A stretch of DNA of 64,000 nt from Selaginella moellendorffii (Eukaryota > Plantae > Lycopodiophyta): assembly GCF_000143415.4 (NCBI RefSeq), contig NW_003314291.1, positions 531,316-595,315 on the forward strand. The letters are read 5' to 3'. The notes beneath the pieces were generated by a model. The model saw only the letters and a program-made list of their open reading frames with translations, was not told the DNA's origin and ran no database searches. Made by a program: the position numbers and the translations under genes. How positions within the stretch are numbered: the stretch's first letter is position 1; each line of letters begins with the position of its first letter. Below are positions 53,550 through 64,000 of the stretch, piece after piece.

Positions 53550-55480
53550 TACTTCTTAAATGTACATAAACTGGTTGAATTCTTTTTGAAACTACTATTT
53601 AGATGAATAGTTATTCAATAAATTGATACTCAATTGGAGAAATATTTTTATTTAATCAGACAATTCATAATGCTATTAATGTTACTAAGAGTGTTTATAA
53701 AATCTTGTCAAATTGTAAAATAAGTAATAAATCTATAATAAAAAATACAAATGGTAAAGAGGAACTTAAACAAGTACTTAAACAATCCTAACGTAAAAGT
53801 TTTACTACTTTTTCATTGTAAAAAAAAATTCAGGATTTTAGAAAACTGGACTATCAATAATAAATTTTAACAAGTTTATATAATTAAAGAGGTGTATTTA
53901 CATATATACATGTGCAATAAATATTACTAGTGCATTCTTGTATTATTACTCTAAATGCACTTTTTCTATAAGATTTTTGCAATACATTTTAGCTATACTT
54001 TATGAATGATAAAACTATTCTCATGGTGAAATAAATCTTTTTTTCTTTCATAAGTATATATATGTAACAAAATCTTAAATTTTTTATTATATATAGCTTA
54101 TATTATTTTAAATAAGTTAAGTGACTGATATATAACTAAAGTAACATAATATATTTTGTAAAGTAAATATGTTAAGTCATAGGTGAAAAAGAAACTTAAA
54201 ATATAAATGTTTCATATATTAAAACAATTTATATAAAATATATTTCTCAATTATCCAAAATTAAGGATAAAAATTTAAAATATTAATAAGTTTTATTTAT
54301 AAATAAAAATATAGTGTTTATTAATTTACAGAATATAAAGATAATAAATTATAATTTTTAACACAAATATTATTTATTATAAGAGAATAATACACACAAA
54401 TAATAGTGAATTTTTATACTAATATTAAACTTCAAAAGGAAAAGGAATACGAAGTCGAGGTTATCTTCAATACGCGCAAAAGTAAGCGACAAAGACATAA
54501 GGTGAGGAACTTCTAAGGAGGAATCACAATCAACGTAATAGATGTGGTGGTCGTGGTCAAAGATAAGTTAATTCTTTTTACATTTATTTTTAATTAATAG
54601 CATTTATTTATGTTTTTTTGTCTTCCTAGACTTTTTCATAGCCATATAACAAAAATGAGAGAAAAAAAGCTCAAAAAGAGTTATAAAAAGTTTATAAGTT
54701 TTTTTATTGTAAAAAATTTAAATGTAACCCATTTATCATTTAATAATATAAATAAAGAAAATAAATTTAAAACATATCATTAAATAAGGATAAATTATTA
54801 GCATAGTGATTACTTATATTTATTTTACAAAAATAATAAAATAAAATTTAAAATGGCTAAAGAAGATTTGGATAGAAAAATGTATTTAAGGCATTTATAT
54901 AGTTCAGCTTTAGTGACTTGATGTTGGTAGCAAACCAACTTTATATGCACAACGTTTAAGTATATCAATTTATACATTTAAGTGATCTAAATACTAAGAT
55001 ATTAAATTAAATTGTTTTAATTTAAAAGTTATAATATAATTTATATTATATTATATTTGTAGTGCTCGGGATATAGGAATAAGTATATTAATTAAGTTTT
55101 AGAACCTTGCTTATATACAAGAATGGATAGAGTAAATTCAATCCCAAATGAACGGTCCATTTGCTATAGTATTATAATTAGTGTATTATTTAGCTAGGGT
55201 AATACATGTATATACATATATATATTTAAAAACTTTAAATGCCTTACTTTTTAGTGAGGAATATTTATAAAAATATTTATGACCAAATGAAGTTATTATT
55301 ATAAAATATGTTATCAAACAATAATATGTTCTACATTCAATAAGAGGACTTATATAAAACTTTTCATCATATGCATTTTACATTTTATATTTGATCTAAA
55401 ATGTTCATTTAATATTCTATGAATAAAAATTTAAAATTGTTTATCTAGAAATAATTTTAATTTATTTTAACACAGAGGGG
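53550..55480. other. Extremely AT-rich island, probably decayed transposon/heterochromatic sequence
   Basis: About 1.9 kb that is visibly very AT-rich with few CpG and no ORF >=60 aa, in sharp contrast to the flanks. Confidence 0.6.
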
Positions 55481-55494
55481 GGAAGAATGATTAA

Positions 55495-56470
55495 TCTAAA
55501 GCATATACCATACAGGCGGATGAGCTTTGTCGCCTTTGCTCGCTCGAGGGTCAAGAAGGCGATGCGCATAATTTCCCCACACAGGTCTGGTCCTGTACCA
55601 CACTGCGTGGACAGCATTATATCAGCTCAAGGTGACTAGGAACCTATGCAACACACACTCGAAGAGCAGTTTTCCGAAAAGTAATCTGTCTGAGCCCGGG
55701 GATAGCGGATGAATCCTTGTTGGTAAAGCTCTTCCGCGGCCTGCAAGTTCAAAGGTTGCCGATTGATAAACACGAACCAACAGCTTAGAGATTCACACCT
55801 TCATTGTCTACCCAAGGCATTCCCCGCTTTGGATTTTTACGTGGCTCATGTCCAGCAACAGAGAAAACCTGAAAGAGAAGGCTTAAATTCTTTCGAGCAT
55901 GCACGAATGTTACCGTAGCAAGAGGCGGAAACGTAGTAACTAAGCAAGCTACGACTTACGCCCATTTGAAGGACGCTCTGTCGTTCTCCGAGCTGTACAC
56001 GCAGTTTATGGTCCAAAAACCTTCAGGATGAACTTGCCAGTATCTTTCAACGACAAAGCCTTGAGTATGTTGGCTACTGGAATGGAGATTCTCTTTTCTC
56101 TCGTTACCTGGCACGGGCCATGGCTCGTCAAATGGAAGAACAAAGCGGTCCTTGTCTGAAAGCGAGTGAAGGAAGCACCTCTACGTTCATCGATCTCCTA
56201 GACATCTGTTAGAACCAAAAACGAAAAAGGAACTTTAAAGCTTAGAGAAAAACCTGGCGGGCGTCCACAGCATCCGAAAGATTGATCTGACCGGGTGCCA
56301 ATTCTGTGCAGCGTGTGCTGGATTACCCTGCAAAAACTATCAGTCCCAAAAGAATAGAAACAATGGAAGCGTCTCGAAAAATGCTGAGAAGCGAGCGTAA
56401 GAGTCCACTAACATTGAGACAAACCTCTACCACTTCGTAGGCAATGTTCTCGCCTTCTCGATCAATTAAC
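55495..56470 (-). pseudogene. DNA topoisomerase III alpha pseudogene fragment (introns retained)
   Basis: DREGENIAYEV (TOPRIM), DAVDARQ/EIDERRGASFTRFQT, HGPCQ, FVVERYW..FWTINC, AEELYQQGFIRYPR (catalytic-Tyr motif), WGNYAHRLLDP..DKAHPP; contains stops, frameshifts and deletions. Confidence 0.85.
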
Positions 56471-57096
56471 TAGCTAGAGCTTTCTCCCATTTCTCCTCGA
56501 CCGCAAGATATCGTTTACTAAACCCTAAAGGAAACATGGCGGAGGAAAGGATCTGTGAAATCTACTGATGGCGTGGTTGTGGGCGAGCGGAAAAATCTAC
56601 CTGGGGGAGGGGTGGAGGCCGGCCAATACATCTATGAACTATGCCATGATGGCGTGTGCTATATCTCTTACAATGCGTCCTTCATGCAGGCCCTTTTGTT
56701 GTTTGTGTGCTTCTGATGAAGTGGCGTGTTAATCATTTCTCAATACCTCCTCGTTAGTGGATTTTGAAGTTTCATTTTTTGGTTTTCCTTTTTTTAACAT
56801 TTGACGTGGAAACAATGTTTCCATCCTCAAACTATTTTTCATTGGAATATATATAAAAAATATTAAACTTTGTTATATGGAGTATTTAACAAATATAAAC
56901 TATCATTAACTAACATTATCATTGTAAGTGTTCCAATACTATTACAAATTATTTAATTGTGATCCCTTATTCTCAAATTTGATATAATGGATATTAATTG
57001 CTATTTTTATTAAACGTTTATGTGATACTATCCATTATTTATTAGTTCAGTTAATGATAGTTTAAACACTCCATATTACAAACTATATAACAAAGT

Positions 57097-57102
57097 TATA
57101 TA

Positions 57103-57138
<36 letters not shown>

Positions 57139-57142
57139 TATA
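57097..57142. repeat. Compound (TA)n(TATG)n microsatellite
   Basis: Direct reading. Confidence 0.9.
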
Positions 57143-57469
57143 AAATTTTGAAGTTAATATTTATATGATCATATAATTATGATATGATAGATATAAACAT
57201 ATATTAGGCTTTGGCAAGTATATGAAAGAAAGAATTTAAAAAGGAAAATGAAGTTAAGAATGAGACTACTTCCTGTCTTCACATTATCAGTGTTATTTAT
57301 AAAGCCAAAAGAAAAATTAATATAGATTTATTAGGAAAAAAATGTTGGGAATGAGACTACTTTCTATCTTCACATTATCAGCACTATTCATGAAAATTAA
57401 TATAGATTTATTATTAAAAGTTTTTAATTATATTTATAAATATATTCTATAATTAACATACTTACTAAT

Positions 57470-58630
57470 TTATTCTATAGATTTTCTTATACATGGTTCA
57501 AATGAAGTAATAACAAAGCCGTCTGGATCTTCTATTTTGCTCCAAGAATTAGTGTCCAAATTAAAATAAGTAGGAGGGATATAAGTAGGAGGGATATTGT
57601 AACCTGCATAAATCACTATATAATCTCCATGGATGCTGATGTTGAAACATGGTTCCAAAATGGATGGATCATCTTCAAATTGTTCTTCCCATTTTACTCC
57701 GAAAAACTCAGTCAAAAAAACCTGATTTATTATATTCCAAGATAATTCCACTTTATCAAGTTCGAAAACACTGAAATACTTATCTCCGTATCCCCTTGGG
57801 TGGCTAAATGCCACCAAAATCCATCTTCCCTTATGTTGAAATATACGATGGGCATGACACCTGTATTCCAAAATCTTCCTTGGAATGTCTATCAATACCA
57901 CAGAACTCTGCCACCTTTCCATGTCATCTGTTATTCCAAACACTTCAATCCCTCCTCCTCCAAGGGTATAAGGTGTAACAACAAACTCAAGGCATTCTTT
58001 GTTGTTTTCTATCCAAAGCTCAAGCTCTTCCAAGCTCAAGAAGACCCTTTGATTGTTGTCCCAACTCTGCCACTCCCAAACCTTGGAATTAAAGAAGAAA
58101 ACCTTCTTTGCTTGATCATGTTCTTTGAGCGGTGAAAAGTCAATACGATTGTTCCCAGTGAGGACAAATATCTTGAAACTATCCCTGGAACTTCCTGAAT
58201 CATCATCCACCAATAGCTCGACATGATTCAACTTCCCGAGATATTTATCAAATTCATCCTCCTCTTCGTCTCGTGGAAATAATGGAAGCCCTTTCCACTG
58301 TCGCGTGAAAGGGTTTCCGACCCAGAAGCTCTCCCATCCGAAACTAAAGAAGAGGCCCTTGCAGGTTGCTAGGCAATCAAGGCCATCCTCCTCGTAGAAT
58401 GGATGGAGGTCCAGCTTGAACCGCCGCTCGGAGGCAACAAACCACACCTCGTACTCTTGGTCATCCATACATACCAGCACACCGGGCTCGCTCGGATCTT
58501 TAATCGCATGGAGCCACTCTTGGTAGAGCTCTATGATGCAAGATTTCCATTCCTTGCACACGGCCGTGCATCTTGCCAGATCCCGCTTGGGCAGAAGCCG
58601 CCGCTCGAATAACGCACGCGCTACTTCCAT
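57470..58630 (-). CDS. Intronless F-box-like protein (divergent)
   Basis: N-terminal RLLPKRDLARCTAVCKEWKSCI; LATCKGL; WVGNPFTRQWKGLP; FKIFV; FNLDTNSW..FEP; 386-aa ORF. Confidence 0.78.
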   Translation of the reverse strand: MEVARALFERRLLPKRDLARCTAVCKEWKSCIIELYQEWLHAIKDPSEPGVLVCMDDQEYEVWFVASERRFKLDLHPFYEEDGLDCLATCKGLFFSFGWESFWVGNPFTRQWKGLPLFPRDEEEDEFDKYLGKLNHVELLVDDDSGSSRDSFKIFVLTGNNRIDFSPLKEHDQAKKVFFFNSKVWEWQSWDNNQRVFLSLEELELWIENNKECLEFVVTPYTLGGGGIEVFGITDDMERWQSSVVLIDIPRKILEYRCHAHRIFQHKGRWILVAFSHPRGYGDKYFSVFELDKVELSWNIINQVFLTEFFGVKWEEQFEDDPSILEPCFNISIHGDYIVIYAGYNIPPTYIPPTYFNLDTNSWSKIEDPDGFVITSFEPCIRKSIE

Positions 58631-58664
58631 ACCCTAGTTCCCCAAAAAAGGAAAACAAGTCCGT

Positions 58665-59950
58665 TTAACGCTGGATGAATCGATGCAAGCCTCGCAAACA
58701 CTTTTCTCCAGTTTGGACGAGCAAAATGTGTTCAAACCTGGGGAACAAATAAGAAAGAAAATGAATCACAATGGAAGTGTGAGAGACACTATCAACACCA
58801 CTTAGCGGGTGATGCAACGCTTGGACTACACCGATAAGCATGGAGCGAGCGTCTCCTTCTTCGTAAACACTCGTCAGATAGTTATGCATCTCGATCAAGG
58901 CCTGTAAAGAAGCAGAACAAAGATTTGTAAAAAGAAGTGGAAGATAGAAATCACAAAAGTTTTCCTGACCTTGTGATCAAGCTGAGAGACTTCGGTCATG
59001 GCTCCTTTAAACCATTCAAAGGAGACTGTGATGGTGCTCCATGTGGTCCATTAACACAGCATATCTACAGGGAAAAAATTTAGAGATCATACGAAAAGCT
59101 AAGAAAACAAACTTGATACGACCTGCACATAAGCCATGAAAAACTTGTTAGTTTTCTTCACGAGAAACTTACTTGAGAGAACATTTTCATTCGCTCTGGA
59201 GTCCAATCCCCGAGACTGCGTATGTGTACACTTACATACTCATCTCCCAGTGCGGAAGTTCTGGAGAATGGATGCCTGTAACACAAAAAAATCTTTCAGA
59301 AAAAAAAAAACTTTTGTTTCACACAACTCTAGCTTACCATTCGAAGGGCGAAACAGCCGGGCCTTGCAAGAAGAGATACATTGCACTCTGATATCTAAAG
59401 CCCGGAGGTTTAGTCATGTATAAAGCAAGAACATTTTCCTGGGTAAATGAAACATCGTTAAAAAAGGATCGATCAAGCAAAACTTGAAAAGATCCAACTT
59501 TGTTTACCTTTACAATGCTAACCTTTTAAGTACAAGCTTGTAGAGCGGTAGTTATATACATCCAGGCCTGCGAGAACAATGAAACACGAAGAAGAAGAAA
59601 GGTGTTTACCGTATTTTCTCTCCAGTCCCGAGCGAGGAACAAAACAATGGAGTGAACGATGAGAAGACCGTAAACGAGGACGATCAAATGGTGCGAGTAC
59701 CATTTTAAAAGGCATTGAAGCCCGTCAAACCTGTGGAATGGCCAGTGGAGCTTAACGATATTTCTCCTCGACCAGTGCGTGGCCAGCAAAAACGCGATGA
59801 TCATGAGCAGCACCATTCATTCCCTCGATCAAAAGCACCAAATCCAGGTACATCGGCTGCGCAGACTTGAAGTTCACGTGTACTATCTGTATGACCTTGA
59901 TGTAGTCCACAGTGGAAATCCGGTAAAATTGAAGGTTAAGTGATTGCTGC
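58665..59950 (-). pseudogene. Respiratory burst oxidase homolog (RBOH) pseudogene fragment (introns retained)
   Basis: [64 protein letters not shown]; frameshifted, with FAD/NADPH exons partly missing. Confidence 0.85.
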
Positions 59951-61671
59951 TGCAACCAGCTGATCTAAGGAAGGAAAAAACAGAAGAACATATAAGAAGC
60001 TCTGACTGTGAAGATTCGTCAATAAAAAAAGGACGACAATGGCGATGGTGATGAAGCAATGAAAAGTATAAGAAATGCATAAACAATAAAGCACGTCAAA
60101 GCAGACCCAAGCCAAGTACCAGAGACGGCCGGAACAATACTTTAGCTTTTCACTGTCAGGATCACAAGAACAATCAATCAGTCAAGGAAGAACATTACGA
60201 TCAACTGGTTGAAACGAGAGAAAAATAAAGCAAAGGAAAGAAACACCAGGGACCCGCAAGCAAGAGAATCAACCCAGAAGACGAAAACAAAAAGCCAAAC
60301 TTGCCGGTAGCGGAGTAAGAAGAACTTGTAAGCAAAAAACCAAACCACTGGAGAAGATGGAACTTGCAGCGAAGGGTAAGAAGAAGGACAAAAGAGAGAA
60401 ATATCGTGGTGACGAAGAACCAAACACCAGACTAAAAACATACCTGCAACAGTAGCTGCTCCAAATCCCCGATCCATGTCAGAATGGGTGATCATCATCA
60501 CAACCTTCACAGATTATTCTAGTTAGCACAATGCCCAGGTAACTTGGAAACACAAACTTTTGACAGTCATGAATTCTGGCTCTCCACCAGTGGCAACAGG
60601 GGCGATGCTTATCGACTGTGGGACAGTTTCTTTCTTCTTCTTCCTTGTCTGTAGCTTAAAGGACGCTTGAACGAAACAACAAAGTTCTGCATCAGTAAGT
60701 AAACAATTGGTGTCAACGAGCACGTACCAGTGCTTCCAGAAAGACAAGGTGCAATTATGTGTAACACAATCCTGTCCAAAAGAAAAAGTGTATAGAAAGA
60801 GCATGTCACGTTCACAACAAGGCAGCAATAGAGTTCTCATAATCTGTTAAGCGTTTTGACATCTCTCTCAGATCTGGAAATGGAGCAAAAAGATTCACAT
60901 TTTAAAACATAAAATCTGGAGCTCTTACCAGAGAGAATGGTGAAATCAAATGTGTACAAAGGGACTCTCACCCACAAGTCACGAGCTGAGTGTAGATTTC
61001 CCCCATAGGCGTGTTGTACTAGCGGCTTGGACTTCATGGCTCTCCCGGAAGAATTTTGTTGATGGAAGTACGCAAGAATTTCGTTGAATACATTGATTCA
61101 AAAGAAAAGGAAGATCAGAAACGCTGGCAAAAGGCAAAACAAAAAGCACCTTGATAATGCCGGTACCAAGCAATCTCGGATCTTGGTAGCGGTAATCTCG
61201 GATCTTAAGCAGGCACCAGCCTCCATGGGACATGGTTCCGAGCTCATAGTGAAAATCAAGAACAAAAACTGGAAGGAAGAACTAACCTGTGCCAAGCTTG
61301 CTCGTAACTGAAGTAAGAACTCTTGACAAGCTCTACCTCCGCACCTTGTGTCTCCTCGTCAACTGCAAATCAAACAAAGTCATGGAATGCAAAAGAGAAA
61401 GAGAAACAAAAACGATAAGAAGCCACCTTGCTTTCGAAGAGAGCCAATAAAAGACCCTTCCATTTTTGTGTTGGTCTAGATGTGCTTGGAACTTAACTGC
61501 GTCAAGCATAAAACCTACAAAAGTCGCTAAACATCATACCGTTACCTGGAAAAAAAAGCGAAAGAAGCGCGTTCTGATCGAATGGACTCCGTCCGTGTGA
61601 ATTTACGATCGTGCACACCAAACTCGTCCTCCGATCTGGATGTTCTCGAGAAACAATCCCGTCTGCCAAAG

Positions 61672-61674
<3 letters not shown>

Positions 61675-61724
<50 letters not shown>
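61675..61724. repeat. (TC)~25 microsatellite
   Basis: Direct reading. Confidence 0.95.
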
Positions 61725-61726
<2 letters not shown>

Positions 61727-62334
61727 CAACGAGCCGTCCATGATTGAGCCGGCCCTGGAATTCGACGGCGGAGCGATCGACTATGTGTGCATTTGCCGAC
61801 ACAGCAGCTCCCATGCCCGATCTACATGCCACCCGCGTCACACCGCGCGGATTGCCCGTGGCAAAGCTTAGCTTCAAGAAGAAGCTAGGCGAGAAGAGCG
61901 CCAGGAAACATTTCCCACCTGGCATCAATGGTCTGGAGAATCCCATGGCGCTGGCGCTAATACCAAGTGAAGAGCAAGATGGATTGATTGCTACTGCCTC
62001 TGGCAGAAATTCCATGGTGGAGGCTGCTCAATTCTGGCCGCAGTTCCATGGCAATGCTCGATGCTGGTGCTGCGATGGCAAGGCTCGATTGTAATGTCTG
62101 GCCATGCCGCGATGGTGAGGGTCTATTCCAGCCGCCTTGCGATTGGCAATGATCGCTGCTTCCAGCTGTCGTGCGATGGCAATGATCGCTGCTTCCGGCC
62201 GTGTTGCGGCTTTCTTGTGTTGGAAGGGCTCGAAATTTATTTGATCAGGCATGCGAGATTTACATGGAGAGAGCATTGGTGCTGCTTCACGCACTTTGTT
62301 GGGTGGCACCGTAAATGAATTCCTTGTTTAACAG

Positions 62335-63100
62335 GTGGTTTTCCAAAAGAATTTTATCGTCTATTTCAGGCAAATGAAGCTGAGCGTATTTGGATGGCAT
62401 GCATGCTCTACACCGTGAAGAAGCTGGAGAGGAAAGGAGTTCACGCATTTACGCCGTCACAGGTTCTATGGGTGATTAATCTAAGGTGAGCTTCGTTAGT
62501 TTTGTTGATTCTTTTGCCCATACTTTAAACTCGTGAATAGTGATTCTAGTACGCTTCCACAGTTCTTAAGAAATTGGATACCAACTCTGGAGGGTATTTT
62601 CAGTGGAGAAGACCAAGAAATTTTGATGGTTCTATCCAGGTGAGAGATTGATTACATTGTCAAATTTCCCGACAGTTTTCCTACAGCCACTACAAAAAGT
62701 TTCAGGATTACTCGAGTAATGAAAGGACACGATGGCTGCTCTTTCTGGCTGCCCTCCTTGGGCGGCATCCTAATCTTCTTACGTGTACAAACACTCTTCT
62801 GGCCGTCATTGTAAGATGTGGTGCTTTGCAACGCTTGATCTCTGGTAAGCTATTTCCAATTTGTAATTTCCATTGATTTTCTTTTCAGATGGCATAGTCC
62901 ACTTCAAGGGATTGCTACCTATCAATTTGAAACTTCTGGAGGTTATGGCATGTGACTGAAACATAACCGAAGAGGTGGCACACAGGACCAAACTTGTACT
63001 TGAAGAGCTAGAACTGAAAGATGGAACGGAAGAGTTACCTCATGAAAACAAATTATGCGGCATTCCAGACTTTTTTGTGACCCTTGAACACTTTAAATGA
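62335..63100 (+). pseudogene. Retinoblastoma-related (RBR) N-terminal pseudogene fragment (introns retained)
   Basis: Exons read ANEAERIWMACMLYTVKKL..FTPSQVL, HYKK..RWLLFLA..NLLTCTN, DGIVHFKGLL. These resemble remembered plant RBR N-domain motifs (EAERFW..LYSVK, GWLLFLAL, DLVTC.N, DGL.YF..LL). In-frame stop later; no pocket domain. Confidence 0.7.
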
Positions 63101-63482
63101 GTTTTTTACCCCTTTCTTCTTTTAGTGTTTTACTCATTATATTTTGCACCAAAGGTTGATGAAGTTTGTTTTTATCACAAAAACCTTTTATATGAATAAT
63201 GTTATCAAATTTCTAGTATAATAGTATTCATTAGTGATTGTTAATGCTTTATAGTGCAAATCCCTCACATGATTCCACTTTACCAAAGTTTACTTTTGTT
63301 ACAAAGATCTTCCAAGTATTTTTTTGTTTTTGTAATTTTTTAGTAGTAGTATTCCATCATATGCTTTATAGCAAGAGTTGTTGTTTTTCTGCAGTGTAAA
63401 GGTGCCCAAAATGACACCCGTTGAATTTCACGTTTTTTGGTGGGGCAAGGCTGTGTATGCCACCAATAGAAAAATGCAGCTT

Positions 63483-64000
63483 TCAATCTTCGCCATCGTT
63501 TCCGAAGTCTCCAAAATCGCCTCCATCGCCTCCATCACCTCCATCGCCCGGCTCGTCCTGCTGTTCGGCCTCACCGAGATCGTAGTGAGACGGAAGCTCC
63601 ATTTCCACTTCCATGGCGTCGCCTTCTTGCACTGGAAGAGGAGGACCATCGGACATTTTCTTTGTGGCTGCTAAGCTCGCCTCGTTAAACAACGCGTGGT
63701 AAGGCTTTTGGACCTGTTGGAAACTTTCTTGTAAGCAAGAACAAAGAACAAAGAGAAAAAAAAGATAAAAATAAACTACCTTAAACATCCTGTTTCGCTG
63801 CTGTGCGTGCTTGATGAGATTTCCCCAGTGCTCGTCTTGCCTCAAAGCAGCCGCGCATCCGACGACCTAGTTAACAAAAAGAACAAAAAAACGGAAATGA
63901 AAGCGAGAGAGAGAGTCTACATACCAGCATTGAAGCTCTTGCTCTCGTTAAACCGACGTTCATTCGGCGAAAGTCGGACACAAAGCCAATGCCTTTGCTC
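63483..64000 (-). CDS. 3' end of SF1 (UPF1/SEN1-like, MAGATAMA3-like) helicase; gene continues beyond window
   Basis: SKGIGFVSDFRRMNVGLTRARASML|VVGCAAALRQDEHWGNLIKHAQQRNRMFK|VQKPY..; helicase motif VI; acidic/Gly tail. Confidence 0.85.

Noticed and set aside
61741-61761. TGATTGAGCCG resembles the 5' half of miR171
   Set aside because: The 3' half does not match and no complementary hairpin arm is visible.

Overview
Eukaryotic plant nuclear DNA, very gene-dense with many short (~50-80 bp) introns. The compactness and the PLS-class PPR genes made of long runs of short motifs point to a lycophyte such as Selaginella moellendorffii (inference). About 20 apparently intact genes are present: LUC7-like, APH-1, PP4R3/SMEK, an intronless CDPK, a C2-domain protein, two PPRs, three class III peroxidases, an intronless GYF-GYF-CCCH protein, an RSS3-like bHLH-MYC_N protein, a UGT, a GT47 exostosin, CCoAOMT, a GH28 polygalacturonase, transportin-1, an M50B-like peptidase, a MOS1-like protein, a LEA protein, an F-box-like gene and the 3' end of a MAA3/SEN1-like helicase. 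There is also one tRNA-Gln(TTG). Both flanks hold decayed, intron-containing fragments of unrelated conserved genes: TBCD on the left; TOP3-alpha, RBOH and RBR plus intronless F-box remnants on the right, next to a very AT-rich island. Most worth follow-up are the LRLFG+GYF+GYF+CCCH protein, the right-hand gene-fragment 'graveyard', the 20-bp UGT/GT47 junction, the intronless CDPK and a possible cell-wall/phenylpropanoid neighbourhood. All family assignments come from manual translation and remembered motifs, not database searches. Internal exon boundaries were inferred by eye.
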